Assembly (NCBI GenBank): GCA_025774935.1 | Contig: JALGZK010000001.1 | Coordinates: 148,266-212,265, forward strand | Source: a bacterium | GTDB lineage: Bacteria; Joyebacterota; Joyebacteria; Joyebacterales; Joyebacteraceae | DNA length: 64,000 bases | Direction of reading: 5' to 3' | Shown: piece after piece, positions 39,528 to 48,642 of the stretch | How positions within the stretch are numbered: position 1 is the stretch's first letter | How the letters are laid out: each line of letters starts with the position of its first letter | Notes under the pieces: generated by a model | Told to the model about the DNA's origin: nothing | Databases searched by the model: none | Seen by the model: only the letters and a program-made list of their open reading frames with translations | Made by a program: the position numbers and the translations under genes

Positions 39528-39675
39528 CCCAGCCGCCGCGCTCTGTCCGATCGAGCGAGAGGCCGGACCGCCGGGGGAAACTTACGGCAGCAGTTGCAGA
39601 CGCGGGCATCGACGACGGTGCCCGCGTCGTCCGTTCCGGGAGTGCAATGTTACGGTCCTCGGGCACGAGGTGTGC

Positions 39676-39704
39676 TTGACTTGGAGGACGCGCGCACATA
39701 GGAT
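39676..39704 (+). promoter_or_regulatory. sigma70-type promoter for the sbcD-like operon
   Basis: TTGACT-17 nt-TAGGAT. Confidence 0.6.
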
Positions 39705-39740
39705 TTCAGACGAAAGCGCACTGCCCTCCCGGAGGCACCG

Positions 39741-40883
39741 TTGCCCGTTCTCGTCCACACCTCAGACGTCCACGTCGGCGCGCCGCTCGGCTGGCTCGGC
39801 GACCGCGCGGCCGAGCAGCGAGAGCAGATCCGGCGCACGTTCGCATCGATCGTCGACCTTGCGCTCGAGGAGAAGGCCGACTGCCTTCTGATCGCCGGTG
39901 ACCTCTTCGATTCCGGCGTCCCGCCGTCATCGGACGTCCGGCTCGTCCTGCAGGAGATCGGGAGGTTCACGAGTCAGTCGGAGGGTGCGGCGGTCATCCT
40001 CCCGGGCTCGCACGACTCGCTCGGGACCTCGTCCGTCTACACGAGCTACGGCGATGAGTTCGCGCGCGTCCCCCGGCTCTTCATCCTGGGCGACGACGAT
40101 CGGACGACCGTCGATCTCGCGGCCCCCGGAGTCTCAGTGCGAGGGACCGCCCTCCGCTCGAACCGCTCCACGTCCCATCAGCTAGCGGGCCTCGCGCCGA
40201 GCGCCGACCTTCCGTTCAGCGTCGCCGTCGCGCACGGCTCCGTGAACGTGGTCCCTGTGGATCCGGACGATCATCCCATCGAGCTCGACGAACTTGCCGC
40301 GCGGGGGTGGGCGTACTTCGCCCTGGGGCACTGGCACTCCTGGCGGGAGATCGAAGGCGCGTCGGCGCCGGCGGTGTACGCGGGGGCGCCGGAGATCATG
40401 GCAGTCGATCAGACGGGGGCCGGGTACGTCGCGGTCGTCCACCTCGGCACGGACGGAGCGACGGTCCGGAAGCACCGCGTCGGTGTGAGGTCGGTCGCAG
40501 GACTCGCCGTCGACGTGGGCGAGACGGCGGACGCCTCGGCGTTCGCCGCACGCGTGCGCGAGACCGTCTCCCCGGACCCCGACACCATACTGAGGCTGGC
40601 TCTCTCGGGTCTTCTGGCCGTCGACTCCGGGTTCGACGAGTCGACCTTCACGGAGGCCATCCGGGGCGACTACTTCCACGTCGTGCCGGGCGACCGGACG
40701 TACCACCTCCGGCTCGACGGCGACGACCTGGCGCGTCTGCCGGAGCGGCTCGTGATCGGCCAGTTCGCGCGCCTGATGAAGAGGCAGCTGGACGAGACGA
40801 CGGGCGAGGAGCAGAGGCGCGAGATCGAGGACGCACTCCAACTCGGCGTCGCGCTCCTGCAGGGGAAGGACGTTCTCCGGTGA
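39741..40883 (+). CDS. SbcD/Mre11-family (YhaO-like) metallophosphoesterase/DNA exonuclease
   Basis: HTSDVH, AGDLFD, PGSHD, AHG, ALGHWH, YAGAPE. Confidence 0.87.
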   Translation: MPVLVHTSDVHVGAPLGWLGDRAAEQREQIRRTFASIVDLALEEKADCLLIAGDLFDSGVPPSSDVRLVLQEIGRFTSQSEGAAVILPGSHDSLGTSSVYTSYGDEFARVPRLFILGDDDRTTVDLAAPGVSVRGTALRSNRSTSHQLAGLAPSADLPFSVAVAHGSVNVVPVDPDDHPIELDELAARGWAYFALGHWHSWREIEGASAPAVYAGAPEIMAVDQTGAGYVAVVHLGTDGATVRKHRVGVRSVAGLAVDVGETADASAFAARVRETVSPDPDTILRLALSGLLAVDSGFDESTFTEAIRGDYFHVVPGDRTYHLRLDGDDLARLPERLVIGQFARLMKRQLDETTGEEQRREIEDALQLGVALLQGKDVLR

Positions 40884-43057
40884 GGATCCGTCGCGTCAGA
40901 CTTGTGAACTTCCGGCGGTTCCGCGACCGCGAGGTCAGCTTCGGCCCGGGACTGAACCTGATCGTGGGTCCGAACGAGGCCGGCAAGAGCACGATCCTAG
41001 ACGGAATCGCGACGGCTCTCTTCTGCGACGTCGCGTCGACGGCGAAGGCGGTGAAGGATCTCGAGCGCTGGGGCTCGAAGGGCGCCATGCGCCTCGAGCT
41101 CGACTTCGAGCACGACGGCGAGATCTACCGCCTGCGGAAGGACTTCGGGGCTCGTCGGGCCGTGCTCGAGAAGGGGGACGGGTCCGAGACTCTCGGCGAC
41201 AGGGGAGAGGTTGAGGCCCGTCTTCGCGAGATGGTGGGATTTCGGGAGCAGCAGGCGTTCGAGTCGGTGGCGGCGGTCCGACAGGGAGAGCTCGCGGCTC
41301 TCGAGGGAAAGGGGGGGAAGTCGAGACGCTCGGATCTCCTTCCCATGATCGAGAAGAAGATGACGAGCTCGAGCGGGGCGACCGACGCGGCGGGGGTCAT
41401 CGGACGACTTGAGAAGTCGATCGCGGCAATGGGTGTGGGGGTCAAGCGCCTCGCCGACCGGCCGGGACCGATTCGATCGCTGATGGACCAGGAAGAGGAG
41501 CTCGCCGAGAGGATATCGAGGTCGGGTAAGGCGTGGGCCGACGCCGTGAGGACGCGGAAGGAACTGACGTCGGAGCGAGCAGATCTCGCGAAGGCGGAGC
41601 AGCGCCTCGAATCCATCGAGGGAATGCTCGAGTCGGAGGGTGCGAGGAGCAGGTACGTCGCGGAGCTCGAGGACGTGCGGCAGAAGCTCTCCCGGAACGC
41701 CTCCGAGGTCGGCAAGCTCCGGAAGCTCAAGACCGACATCGCCGAAGCCTACGAGGGCATCGACGGGACCCTCCCGGAGCTCGGCAAGACCGTGGAGGAA
41801 GCGAAGCGCGACTTCGATGCCGCGGGAGAGAGGATCGCGAAGCTCGAGGAGCGATCGCCGGCCGGCGATTGGAGGACCGCCTCGAAGCGACCGGGTGCCG
41901 CGGCCATCGTGCTCGGTGCCGCCGCGCTCGCGCTCTTCTTCGCGCCCGTCTACGCGCCGATCCCGCCGGGTGTGCGCCTGTGGCTCATCCTGGGCGGGGC
42001 CGCGCTCGGTGCGCTCACGGTCTACTTCTTCCGCAGGGGCGCCCGGCTATGGGGGTTCGCGCACGACATGCAGCGCGAGCTCGGGGAGAAGGAGAGGGCC
42101 GAGAGGTCGTACCGGGAGGCGCTCGGCGCTGCGGGCGTCTCCACGTACGAGGAGTACGGCCGCCTCGCCGCCAGGCAGCAGGAGCTCCACGCCAGCATCC
42201 AGAAGTGGAACGCGCTTCTGCAGGAACAGACGGGGGAGGGAGACGCCGACAAGTTCGAGGAGAGCTTGCTGACTGACGGCGCCGCCCTCGAGCGCCGCGC
42301 CGGTGAACTCGAGGAGAAGCTCGAGGAGAGCGGTGGCGCGGAGAACGTCCTGTCCCCTGTCGAGGCGGCGCGGCTGAGGAACGAGAGGAACGGACTGCTC
42401 GAGACGATCGACCGTCTGCGGAAGAGCACGATAGCGAAGGAGGTCCGGCTCGAGGAGGCGGCCGTGGACACGGCCCTGCCGGACCTGGAGGCGCGTCGTG
42501 AGAACGTCGCGCGCGAGCTCGCGCTCGTGCTCCGGAGGGAGCGCGTGCTGCGGCTCGCTCACGAGGGACTCCTCACCGCGCTCGACAGAACGAAGAGAGA
42601 GGCCTCGACGGCCCTTGCGCCGGTGGTGTCCCGCGTGCTGGGCGGAGTGACGCTCGGACGATACTCGGACGTCAGCGTTGCGACCGATCTCGAGTTCAGC
42701 GTGAAGAACCCGGACCCGGTCGAAGGTGCGCCTCCCACTCTCGGCGGGGACGAGCTCAGCGCCGGGACGATCGACCAGTTCTACCTGGCCGTCCGCTACG
42801 CGCTGCTCGAGTTCCTGTCCGGACCGTGTGGAGCGCCGTTCCTGCTCGACGACGTGCTGGTGCACTTCGATCCGGAGAGGCGGGATGCCGCGATCGGCGT
42901 CCTGCGGGAGATCGCGCGCCAGCGGCAGGTCATCATGCTCTCCTGTGAGAACCACGCTGCCGAATCGGCGGACGAGGTCGTCCGGCTGGACGGAGTGAAC
43001 GCGGGGAGCGCGTCGCCCGGAGGCGAGGCGCCTCAGGAGGTGCCGCGTGAGAGGTGA
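40880..43057 (+). CDS. SMC/Rad50-like ATPase, SbcE(YhaN)-like, with central transmembrane hairpin
   Basis: GTG overlaps upstream stop; Walker A GPNEAGKST, coiled coils, signature LSAGTIDQ, Walker B LLDD; two hydrophobic helices mid-protein. Confidence 0.85.
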   Translation: MRIRRVRLVNFRRFRDREVSFGPGLNLIVGPNEAGKSTILDGIATALFCDVASTAKAVKDLERWGSKGAMRLELDFEHDGEIYRLRKDFGARRAVLEKGDGSETLGDRGEVEARLREMVGFREQQAFESVAAVRQGELAALEGKGGKSRRSDLLPMIEKKMTSSSGATDAAGVIGRLEKSIAAMGVGVKRLADRPGPIRSLMDQEEELAERISRSGKAWADAVRTRKELTSERADLAKAEQRLESIEGMLESEGARSRYVAELEDVRQKLSRNASEVGKLRKLKTDIAEAYEGIDGTLPELGKTVEEAKRDFDAAGERIAKLEERSPAGDWRTASKRPGAAAIVLGAAALALFFAPVYAPIPPGVRLWLILGGAALGALTVYFFRRGARLWGFAHDMQRELGEKERAERSYREALGAAGVSTYEEYGRLAARQQELHASIQKWNALLQEQTGEGDADKFEESLLTDGAALERRAGELEEKLEESGGAENVLSPVEAARLRNERNGLLETIDRLRKSTIAKEVRLEEAAVDTALPDLEARRENVARELALVLRRERVLRLAHEGLLTALDRTKREASTALAPVVSRVLGGVTLGRYSDVSVATDLEFSVKNPDPVEGAPPTLGGDELSAGTIDQFYLAVRYALLEFLSGPCGAPFLLDDVLVHFDPERRDAAIGVLREIARQRQVIMLSCENHAAESADEVVRLDGVNAGSASPGGEAPQEVPRER

Positions 43058-44549
43058 TCGCTGCCCGCGCTGCGGGGCGCGTCTCGAGCTCGTCGGTGAG
43101 CGGTGGGACTCTGGAGACGGTCGAATAGGCCGCACGCTGCGCTGCGGCAGTTGCGGCGGCGTGTTCGACGCACGAGGAGGCGGTCCCGGGGGCCAACGAG
43201 GCCGGCCTGCCCCGGCCGCGTGCGCCGCAGCGGCGCTCCTCTGGGCCGTGGTCCTCCTCGCCGTTCTGTGGGTGGTTCTGAGACTGCTCCCGTACGGTGG
43301 GCGAGCGCAGGTCTACCGTGCGGCGTCTGCGTTCGTGGAGGGCTTCCTCCACCCGCTGTGGTTGGCGGCGCTCGTCCTCGCCGGCGTCGCGCTCTTCCTG
43401 TGGAAGCGGCGGGCGTCTCGCGTGGAGCTGGCGCCGGCCGCGGCGGTGGCGCCCGACGTCCATCTTCGTGCCGAGCCGCCCGGGAAGATCACCGCAGTGA
43501 TCTCCGACTCGCGTGGGGCGGCGGTGCGGGACTTCGTCGTCGAGCGGAGCCCTGAGGCCGAGGAGCGCATACTCGCGGGCCTCCGCGAGCTGGCCGCCAG
43601 GAGCGCCGCCTTCGACCACGCGCGGGAGGGCGGAGCGACGGACCGTACCGCGTCCCCCGAGGAGGTGGCGGAGACGCAGCGCCGGATCTACTCCCTCGGG
43701 CTCGAGATCGGCGTGTCGCTTCTGGGAGGCGACTCGGGAGCGGGGCCCAGGATCGCCGATCTGCCGGGCGATCATCTGCTGCTCAGGATCCAACCCGAGC
43801 TCTCGCGCATTCCCTGGGAGCTCCTCGTGCCGCGCCCCGGGGGGCAGTTCCTGTGGCAGCTCTTCCACACGTCCCGACAGATCCGCACGGAGACCGCCGG
43901 ACGGACGGCGGGAGCGAGACGGTGCGCTCCCCTCAGGGTGCTGCTCATGGCGAACCTCGAGGCCGGACGCTCCGGCCGCGATCTTCCGCACGCCGAGCGC
44001 GAGGCGGCCGAACTGCTCGAGCTCGCTGCGTCGCGCCCCGACCTCCTCAAGGTCGAGAGGAAGTCGCCGAGGACGCACGCGGAGTTCGCGACACTCCTCT
44101 CGGAGGGATTCGACGTCGTCCACTTCGCGGGTCACTCGCTCGGTAGCCACGCGGGGGCGGGGTGGGATCTCGGTGAGGGGGAGGGTATCACCCTCGACGC
44201 ACTCGGACCCTGTCCGGAACGGACCCCTTCGCTCGTCTTCGCGAACACGTGCGGCACGGACGGCGGCGATGTGGGAGCGGAGAGCCGCTCCTGGGACGCG
44301 GCCCGTCACTTCCTCGAGTGGGGCGTCCAGGCATACCTCGGGACGCTCTGGGACCTTCACGACGGCGGGAGCGCGAGGTTCGCCGGCGTCTTCTACCGGC
44401 GGCTCGCCGCGGGCGCCACGCTCGCGGCGGCGGTCTCGGCGGCGCGCTCGGCACTCCTCGGCGTCGAGCCCGTCACCTGGGCGAACTACGTCCTGTACGG
44501 GGACCCCGCGCTCGTCGTAGCGGCCGCCTCCGGGCCGATTCGGTCGTAA
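43047..44549 (+). CDS. Membrane-anchored CHAT-domain (caspase-family) protease with N-terminal zinc ribbon
   Basis: SD AGGAGG; CPRC...CGSC; two TM helices; IPWELL, LPHAEREA, VVHFAGH, VFANTC, YLGTLW, FYRRL, WANYVLYGDP. Confidence 0.85.
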   Translation: MRGDRCPRCGARLELVGERWDSGDGRIGRTLRCGSCGGVFDARGGGPGGQRGRPAPAACAAAALLWAVVLLAVLWVVLRLLPYGGRAQVYRAASAFVEGFLHPLWLAALVLAGVALFLWKRRASRVELAPAAAVAPDVHLRAEPPGKITAVISDSRGAAVRDFVVERSPEAEERILAGLRELAARSAAFDHAREGGATDRTASPEEVAETQRRIYSLGLEIGVSLLGGDSGAGPRIADLPGDHLLLRIQPELSRIPWELLVPRPGGQFLWQLFHTSRQIRTETAGRTAGARRCAPLRVLLMANLEAGRSGRDLPHAEREAAELLELAASRPDLLKVERKSPRTHAEFATLLSEGFDVVHFAGHSLGSHAGAGWDLGEGEGITLDALGPCPERTPSLVFANTCGTDGGDVGAESRSWDAARHFLEWGVQAYLGTLWDLHDGGSARFAGVFYRRLAAGATLAAAVSAARSALLGVEPVTWANYVLYGDPALVVAAASGPIRS

Positions 44550-44641
44550 AGCCCGTCCGGGGCCGACGACTGCCCCGCCGTGACGCTCGTACTCCCGCGA
44601 AGAAGACCGGGCTCCCGAACGACTGTTGTATGAGGAGAGGA

Positions 44642-45274
44642 ATGTCCGCCTTGGCGAGCCGTGGAAAGATCGGTGCCGACGATGCGCGCATGATCGACCG
44701 CCTGAGGGCCGGCGAGTCCGAGGCCTGGGAGGCGTTCGTGGAGCGCTATCGGAAGCTCATCTACAGCGCAATCGTGCGATCGAACGCTCGCTTTCGTGCG
44801 GAGTGGGACGAGACGGCGATGGAGGAGATCTTCCAGGAAGCGGTCTTCAAGCTCCTGCGGAGGAACGGCAGAGCGCTCGCGTCCTGGAAGGGCGACTGCC
44901 GCCTCGAGACCTGGATCTACCGGATCGTGCGGAACGTCTGCATCGACGTACTGAGGAAGCGGTCGCGGCGCCGGGAGTCCGACGAGCTCCCAGAAGACGG
45001 TGAAGGTCGCGCGGTCGCGGGAACGCCACGCGGACCGGGGACGCCGGAGAACAGGGATCTCAGGATATCCCTCGAGCAGGCGATCGACCGCTCGCTGTCA
45101 TCGAAGGAGGCGCTCGTGGTCCGACTGATCTACTTCGAGGGGTTCACGTACCGGGAGGTCGCGGAACGCATGGGCGTGAGCGTGGGCGCGATGAGCGGTC
45201 TGGTCTTCCGCGCGCTCGCGAAGCTCCGCACGGACGGCGGAGTGAACAGGGAGTGGGAAGGGGAACGAGGATGA
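44642..45274 (+). CDS. ECF-family sigma70 factor
   Basis: AWEAFVERYRKLIY, EEIFQEAVFKLL, ETWIYRIVRNVCIDVLRK (region 2); YFEGFTYREVAERMGVSVG (region 4); SD AGGAGAGG. Confidence 0.93.
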   Translation: MSALASRGKIGADDARMIDRLRAGESEAWEAFVERYRKLIYSAIVRSNARFRAEWDETAMEEIFQEAVFKLLRRNGRALASWKGDCRLETWIYRIVRNVCIDVLRKRSRRRESDELPEDGEGRAVAGTPRGPGTPENRDLRISLEQAIDRSLSSKEALVVRLIYFEGFTYREVAERMGVSVGAMSGLVFRALAKLRTDGGVNREWEGERG

Positions 45275-46149
45275 CGAAGGACGGATGTCCTGCGGGAGAA
45301 AAGCTCCTGGGACTCGTGCGGGACGCTCTCGACGACGGGGCGTCGAGTCGCGTCCGGGCGCACGTGAGTTCGTGCGAGGCGTGCCGGGAGCGAGCCGCCG
45401 GACTCGAGGAGCTCGTCGGACTGCTGGAACGCGCGGCGACGGAGCCGCTTCCTGACGATCTCGAGCCCTCCCGGGCGGCCTGTCCCGATCCCGAGCTCGT
45501 CGCGGCTTACGCGGACGGCTCATCGGACGAACACGCGTCCGCCCTCGTCGAGCGACACCTCGCAGGATGCGCTTCCTGTCTCGCCGAGGTCGCCGACCTT
45601 TGGCGCCTCTCTTCCGCCGGGAGCCCAGTCGACGCGCCAGACCGAGCGGTCAGCGCGGCAATCGCGCGTCTCGAGTCGGAGGCGCGGACCGCGATCGTAC
45701 GGTGGGCAGGCGCGACCGTCTCCGTGGTGAAGGACTTCGCGCGGTCCCAGGCGGAGGCCCTCGAAGGAGCTGGCCGAGGCGCGCACGAGCTCGCGCCCGC
45801 GTTCGCGCGGGGGAGCGACGAAGCCGTGCTGCTCTCCTGGCGCGGCGACGACGATCTCCTGCTCGAAGGCAGGATCGACATCCGAGGAGGAGGGCGTCCC
45901 GCCCTCACGGGGAGACTGACGCGTCTCGGGAGCCCCGATCTCAGCCTCTCCGCTGCCATGAGCGGGGACGGGGAGCGGCACGGCCCCGAGTCGCTGGACT
46001 CCGACGGGCGGTTCGGGCCCTGGGCCCTCGCCCGAGGCCAGAACACCCTTCGCGTCACTGGCAGGACCGTCGGCGAGCGGGGGCTCTCGCTGACGATCGA
46101 GATCACCGAGGACAACGCCGAGGATCCGACCGAGATCCCGGCCGAGTAG
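45271..46149 (+). CDS. Soluble anti-sigma factor with two zf-HC2 (ZAS) motifs and a C-terminal beta domain
   Basis: ATGA overlap with sigma; CP...HVSSCEAC and CP...HLAGCASC; no TM helix. Confidence 0.8.
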   Translation: MTKDGCPAGEKLLGLVRDALDDGASSRVRAHVSSCEACRERAAGLEELVGLLERAATEPLPDDLEPSRAACPDPELVAAYADGSSDEHASALVERHLAGCASCLAEVADLWRLSSAGSPVDAPDRAVSAAIARLESEARTAIVRWAGATVSVVKDFARSQAEALEGAGRGAHELAPAFARGSDEAVLLSWRGDDDLLLEGRIDIRGGGRPALTGRLTRLGSPDLSLSAAMSGDGERHGPESLDSDGRFGPWALARGQNTLRVTGRTVGERGLSLTIEITEDNAEDPTEIPAE

Positions 46150-46291
46150 GGCCGCATCGAGGATTCCTCCTGAATCACTCCGCGGCCTCTTGAGCCCGTC
46201 CGGGCCGCTTTGAGCACACGCGCAGGTTCCTTCCTCTATATCACATGACATCCACTCTCACGTGCCGGACGGCCGGCTGAGCCCGCCATCG

Positions 46292-46307
46292 TGGCACACG
46301 ACTTGCA
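46292..46307 (+). promoter_or_regulatory. sigma54 (-24/-12) promoter upstream of the histidine kinase
   Basis: TGGCAC-ACGAC-TTGCA matches TGGCAC-N5-TTGCW exactly, in an intergenic position. Confidence 0.75.
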
Positions 46308-46443
46308 TTTAGGGTGCGCACACGAGGTCTCTCGGGCGCGTGACCCGGAGGGGGTCGCGCGATTGAGAGGAACCGCCTTTCCCACGGGTGGTCCGGAGAC
46401 GCCTCGGCGCGCGCGGGTCGAGAGGGTCTCGGGGGGTTGCACG

Positions 46444-48642
46444 ATGCACGACATCCCACGCCATCTAACGCCGGACATGGAAGAGGCGCCGGACCCGATG
46501 CGAGGTTCCGCGAGCGCCCCGGCAAAGGCCGCGACCGGACGAGCGTGGTGGCGACCGGTGGTCGCCGCGGCGTTCGTCCTCGGTCTCGCCGTCCTGCAGA
46601 TGGACTGGACCCACTGGGCGGCCGTCGGTCTCATGGGAGCGCTCGGACTCGCAACGGGCCTCTTTGCATTCCCGGTCGGGAAGAACACCTACGTCAGCTT
46701 CGGAGCGGCCGTCTTCATCGCCTCGACGGCGCTCTTCGGCCCGAGTGTCGGGGTTTGGGTCGCCGCGATGTCAACGGCCGCCGTCCAGCTCGTGTGCTTC
46801 CGGCACGACACGACGGTCGCGATGCGGGAGATGGGAGTACAGGTAGTGGCCGTGTTCGCCGCGGGGTGCGCGTACTCCTTCACGGGAGGGAAGCTCCTGA
46901 CCGGCGGGATCACGTTCGCGGACTCAGCGCGATTCGCCTTGATGTTCGGAATCTACGGCGCGGCAAGTGTCCTCGTCCGGCGCGCCGCCGGGGGAGAGAT
47001 GCGGAGGACCGTCGCGAGCTACCTCCGCTGGATGACCGGGCGCGGGGTAGTCGTCGAGCTCGCCATGCTTCCCCTCGCGCTCCTCCTCGCTGCGGCTTAC
47101 ATACCCGGAGAGCCGGCGACCTTCCCGCTGCTCGCGGTCGTGCTCATCGTGTCGAGCGCAGCCGGGAAGATGATGTGGGACACCAAGCAGTCGCTCGAGA
47201 AGAGCGTCACCGAGCTCAGGACACTGAACACGGTCGGGAAGGTGCTCTCCTCGACACTCAAGCTGAACGACCTGCTCGAGGAACTCGAGGAGAGCACGAG
47301 CTCCCTCTTCGCGGACTCCATGTGCTCGGTCTGCCTCTACCACGAGTCCACCGGCGAGGTCGAGTACAGGGTGAACATGAGCAGCTCGCGTCGACTGCCG
47401 CCGCGCCGGAGGAAGCCCGGCGACACGCTCATCGGCTGGGTCATCCGCGAGCGCGCGATGCTCCTCGTCGACGACCTGAGGAGTCACGACGGACAGACGC
47501 TCGACCCCTGGCTCGCGGAGCAGAACGAGCGGGCCGGCGTGGAGGCGGTCACGTGGCTCGGCGTGCCCCTCGTCTCGCGCGAACGGCTGGTCGGCGTGCT
47601 CACGATCCTGAGCTCGCGTCCGAAGGCGTTCGGGAAGGACGAGGTCGATCTTATCGTCACTCTCGGAAGTCAGGTCGCGAAGGCCATCGAGAACGCGAGC
47701 CTCTACGCGGGGCTCGAGCAGTCGCGCACGAACGTCGAGGAGTGGAACAAGGAGCTCGAGGAGAAGGTCGAGGAGCGCACGGCGGAACTCGAGGAGATGA
47801 AGGCGGAGCTGGAGGTCCTGAACCGCGAGCTCGAGGAGCGCGTCGAGGTCAGGACGAACGAGCTCCAGGAGATGGAGGCGCGCGTCGTCCAGTCGGGGAG
47901 GCTTGCTGCGGTCGGCGAGATGGCCGCGGGCGTAGCGCACGAGCTCAACAATCCGCTGGGAGGCATCCTCGGCTACGTCCAGTACGATCTCGAGAAGATA
48001 CTCGGGAAGGACGGCTCGCCGCTGACGCCGGATGAGGTGGACAAGCTCGCAAAGCACCTGGTCTCGATCGAGAAGGCGTCGCAGCGATGTCGGGGCATCG
48101 TCCAGAGCCTCCTGACGTTCTCGCAGGCCTCGCAGTCAGCGTACTCCGAGATCAACCTCAACGACGTCCTGAGCGAGGCCCTTCGCGTCACCGGCAGGCA
48201 GCTGACCGCACGCGGCATTCGGCTCACGTCCGGGCTGGACACCTCGGAGCTCACCGTGCTGGGCGACCCGTACCAGCTGCGTCAGGTCTTCGCGAACCTC
48301 ATCTTGAACGCGAGGGACGCGATGACGTCGGGCGATGCGCTGACCGTTCGCTCGATTCGGACGGAGGACGCCGACGGCACGACGAGCGCCGAGGCAATCT
48401 TCGAGGACACAGGGTGCGGGATCGCCGAGGAGAACCTCGTGCGCGTCTTCGAGCCGTTCTTCACGACGCGGCCGACCGGTGAGGGCACCGGACTGGGGCT
48501 CTCCGTGAGCTACGGCATCATCAAGGACCACGGGGGACAGATCGAGGTGGCGAGCCAGGTAGATAAGGGGACGATCTTCACCGTCCGCCTGCCGCTCGTT
48601 GAGTCGCGCGTTCAGCTGGAACCGGTCGGAGGAGCCAAGTGA
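46444..48642 (+). CDS. Membrane sensor histidine kinase (multi-TM, GAF, coiled coil, HisKA, HATPase); start uncertain
   Basis: AHELNNPL H-box, NLILNARDAM, DTGCGI, FEPFFTT, GTGLGLS; GAF motif WLGVPL...AIENA. Confidence 0.92.
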   Translation: MHDIPRHLTPDMEEAPDPMRGSASAPAKAATGRAWWRPVVAAAFVLGLAVLQMDWTHWAAVGLMGALGLATGLFAFPVGKNTYVSFGAAVFIASTALFGPSVGVWVAAMSTAAVQLVCFRHDTTVAMREMGVQVVAVFAAGCAYSFTGGKLLTGGITFADSARFALMFGIYGAASVLVRRAAGGEMRRTVASYLRWMTGRGVVVELAMLPLALLLAAAYIPGEPATFPLLAVVLIVSSAAGKMMWDTKQSLEKSVTELRTLNTVGKVLSSTLKLNDLLEELEESTSSLFADSMCSVCLYHESTGEVEYRVNMSSSRRLPPRRRKPGDTLIGWVIRERAMLLVDDLRSHDGQTLDPWLAEQNERAGVEAVTWLGVPLVSRERLVGVLTILSSRPKAFGKDEVDLIVTLGSQVAKAIENASLYAGLEQSRTNVEEWNKELEEKVEERTAELEEMKAELEVLNRELEERVEVRTNELQEMEARVVQSGRLAAVGEMAAGVAHELNNPLGGILGYVQYDLEKILGKDGSPLTPDEVDKLAKHLVSIEKASQRCRGIVQSLLTFSQASQSAYSEINLNDVLSEALRVTGRQLTARGIRLTSGLDTSELTVLGDPYQLRQVFANLILNARDAMTSGDALTVRSIRTEDADGTTSAEAIFEDTGCGIAEENLVRVFEPFFTTRPTGEGTGLGLSVSYGIIKDHGGQIEVASQVDKGTIFTVRLPLVESRVQLEPVGGAK

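Noticed and set aside
43047-46149. Type III-E CRISPR (Craspase) locus
   Set aside because: No cas genes or repeat-spacer array in the window; only the CHAT/sigma logic is analogous
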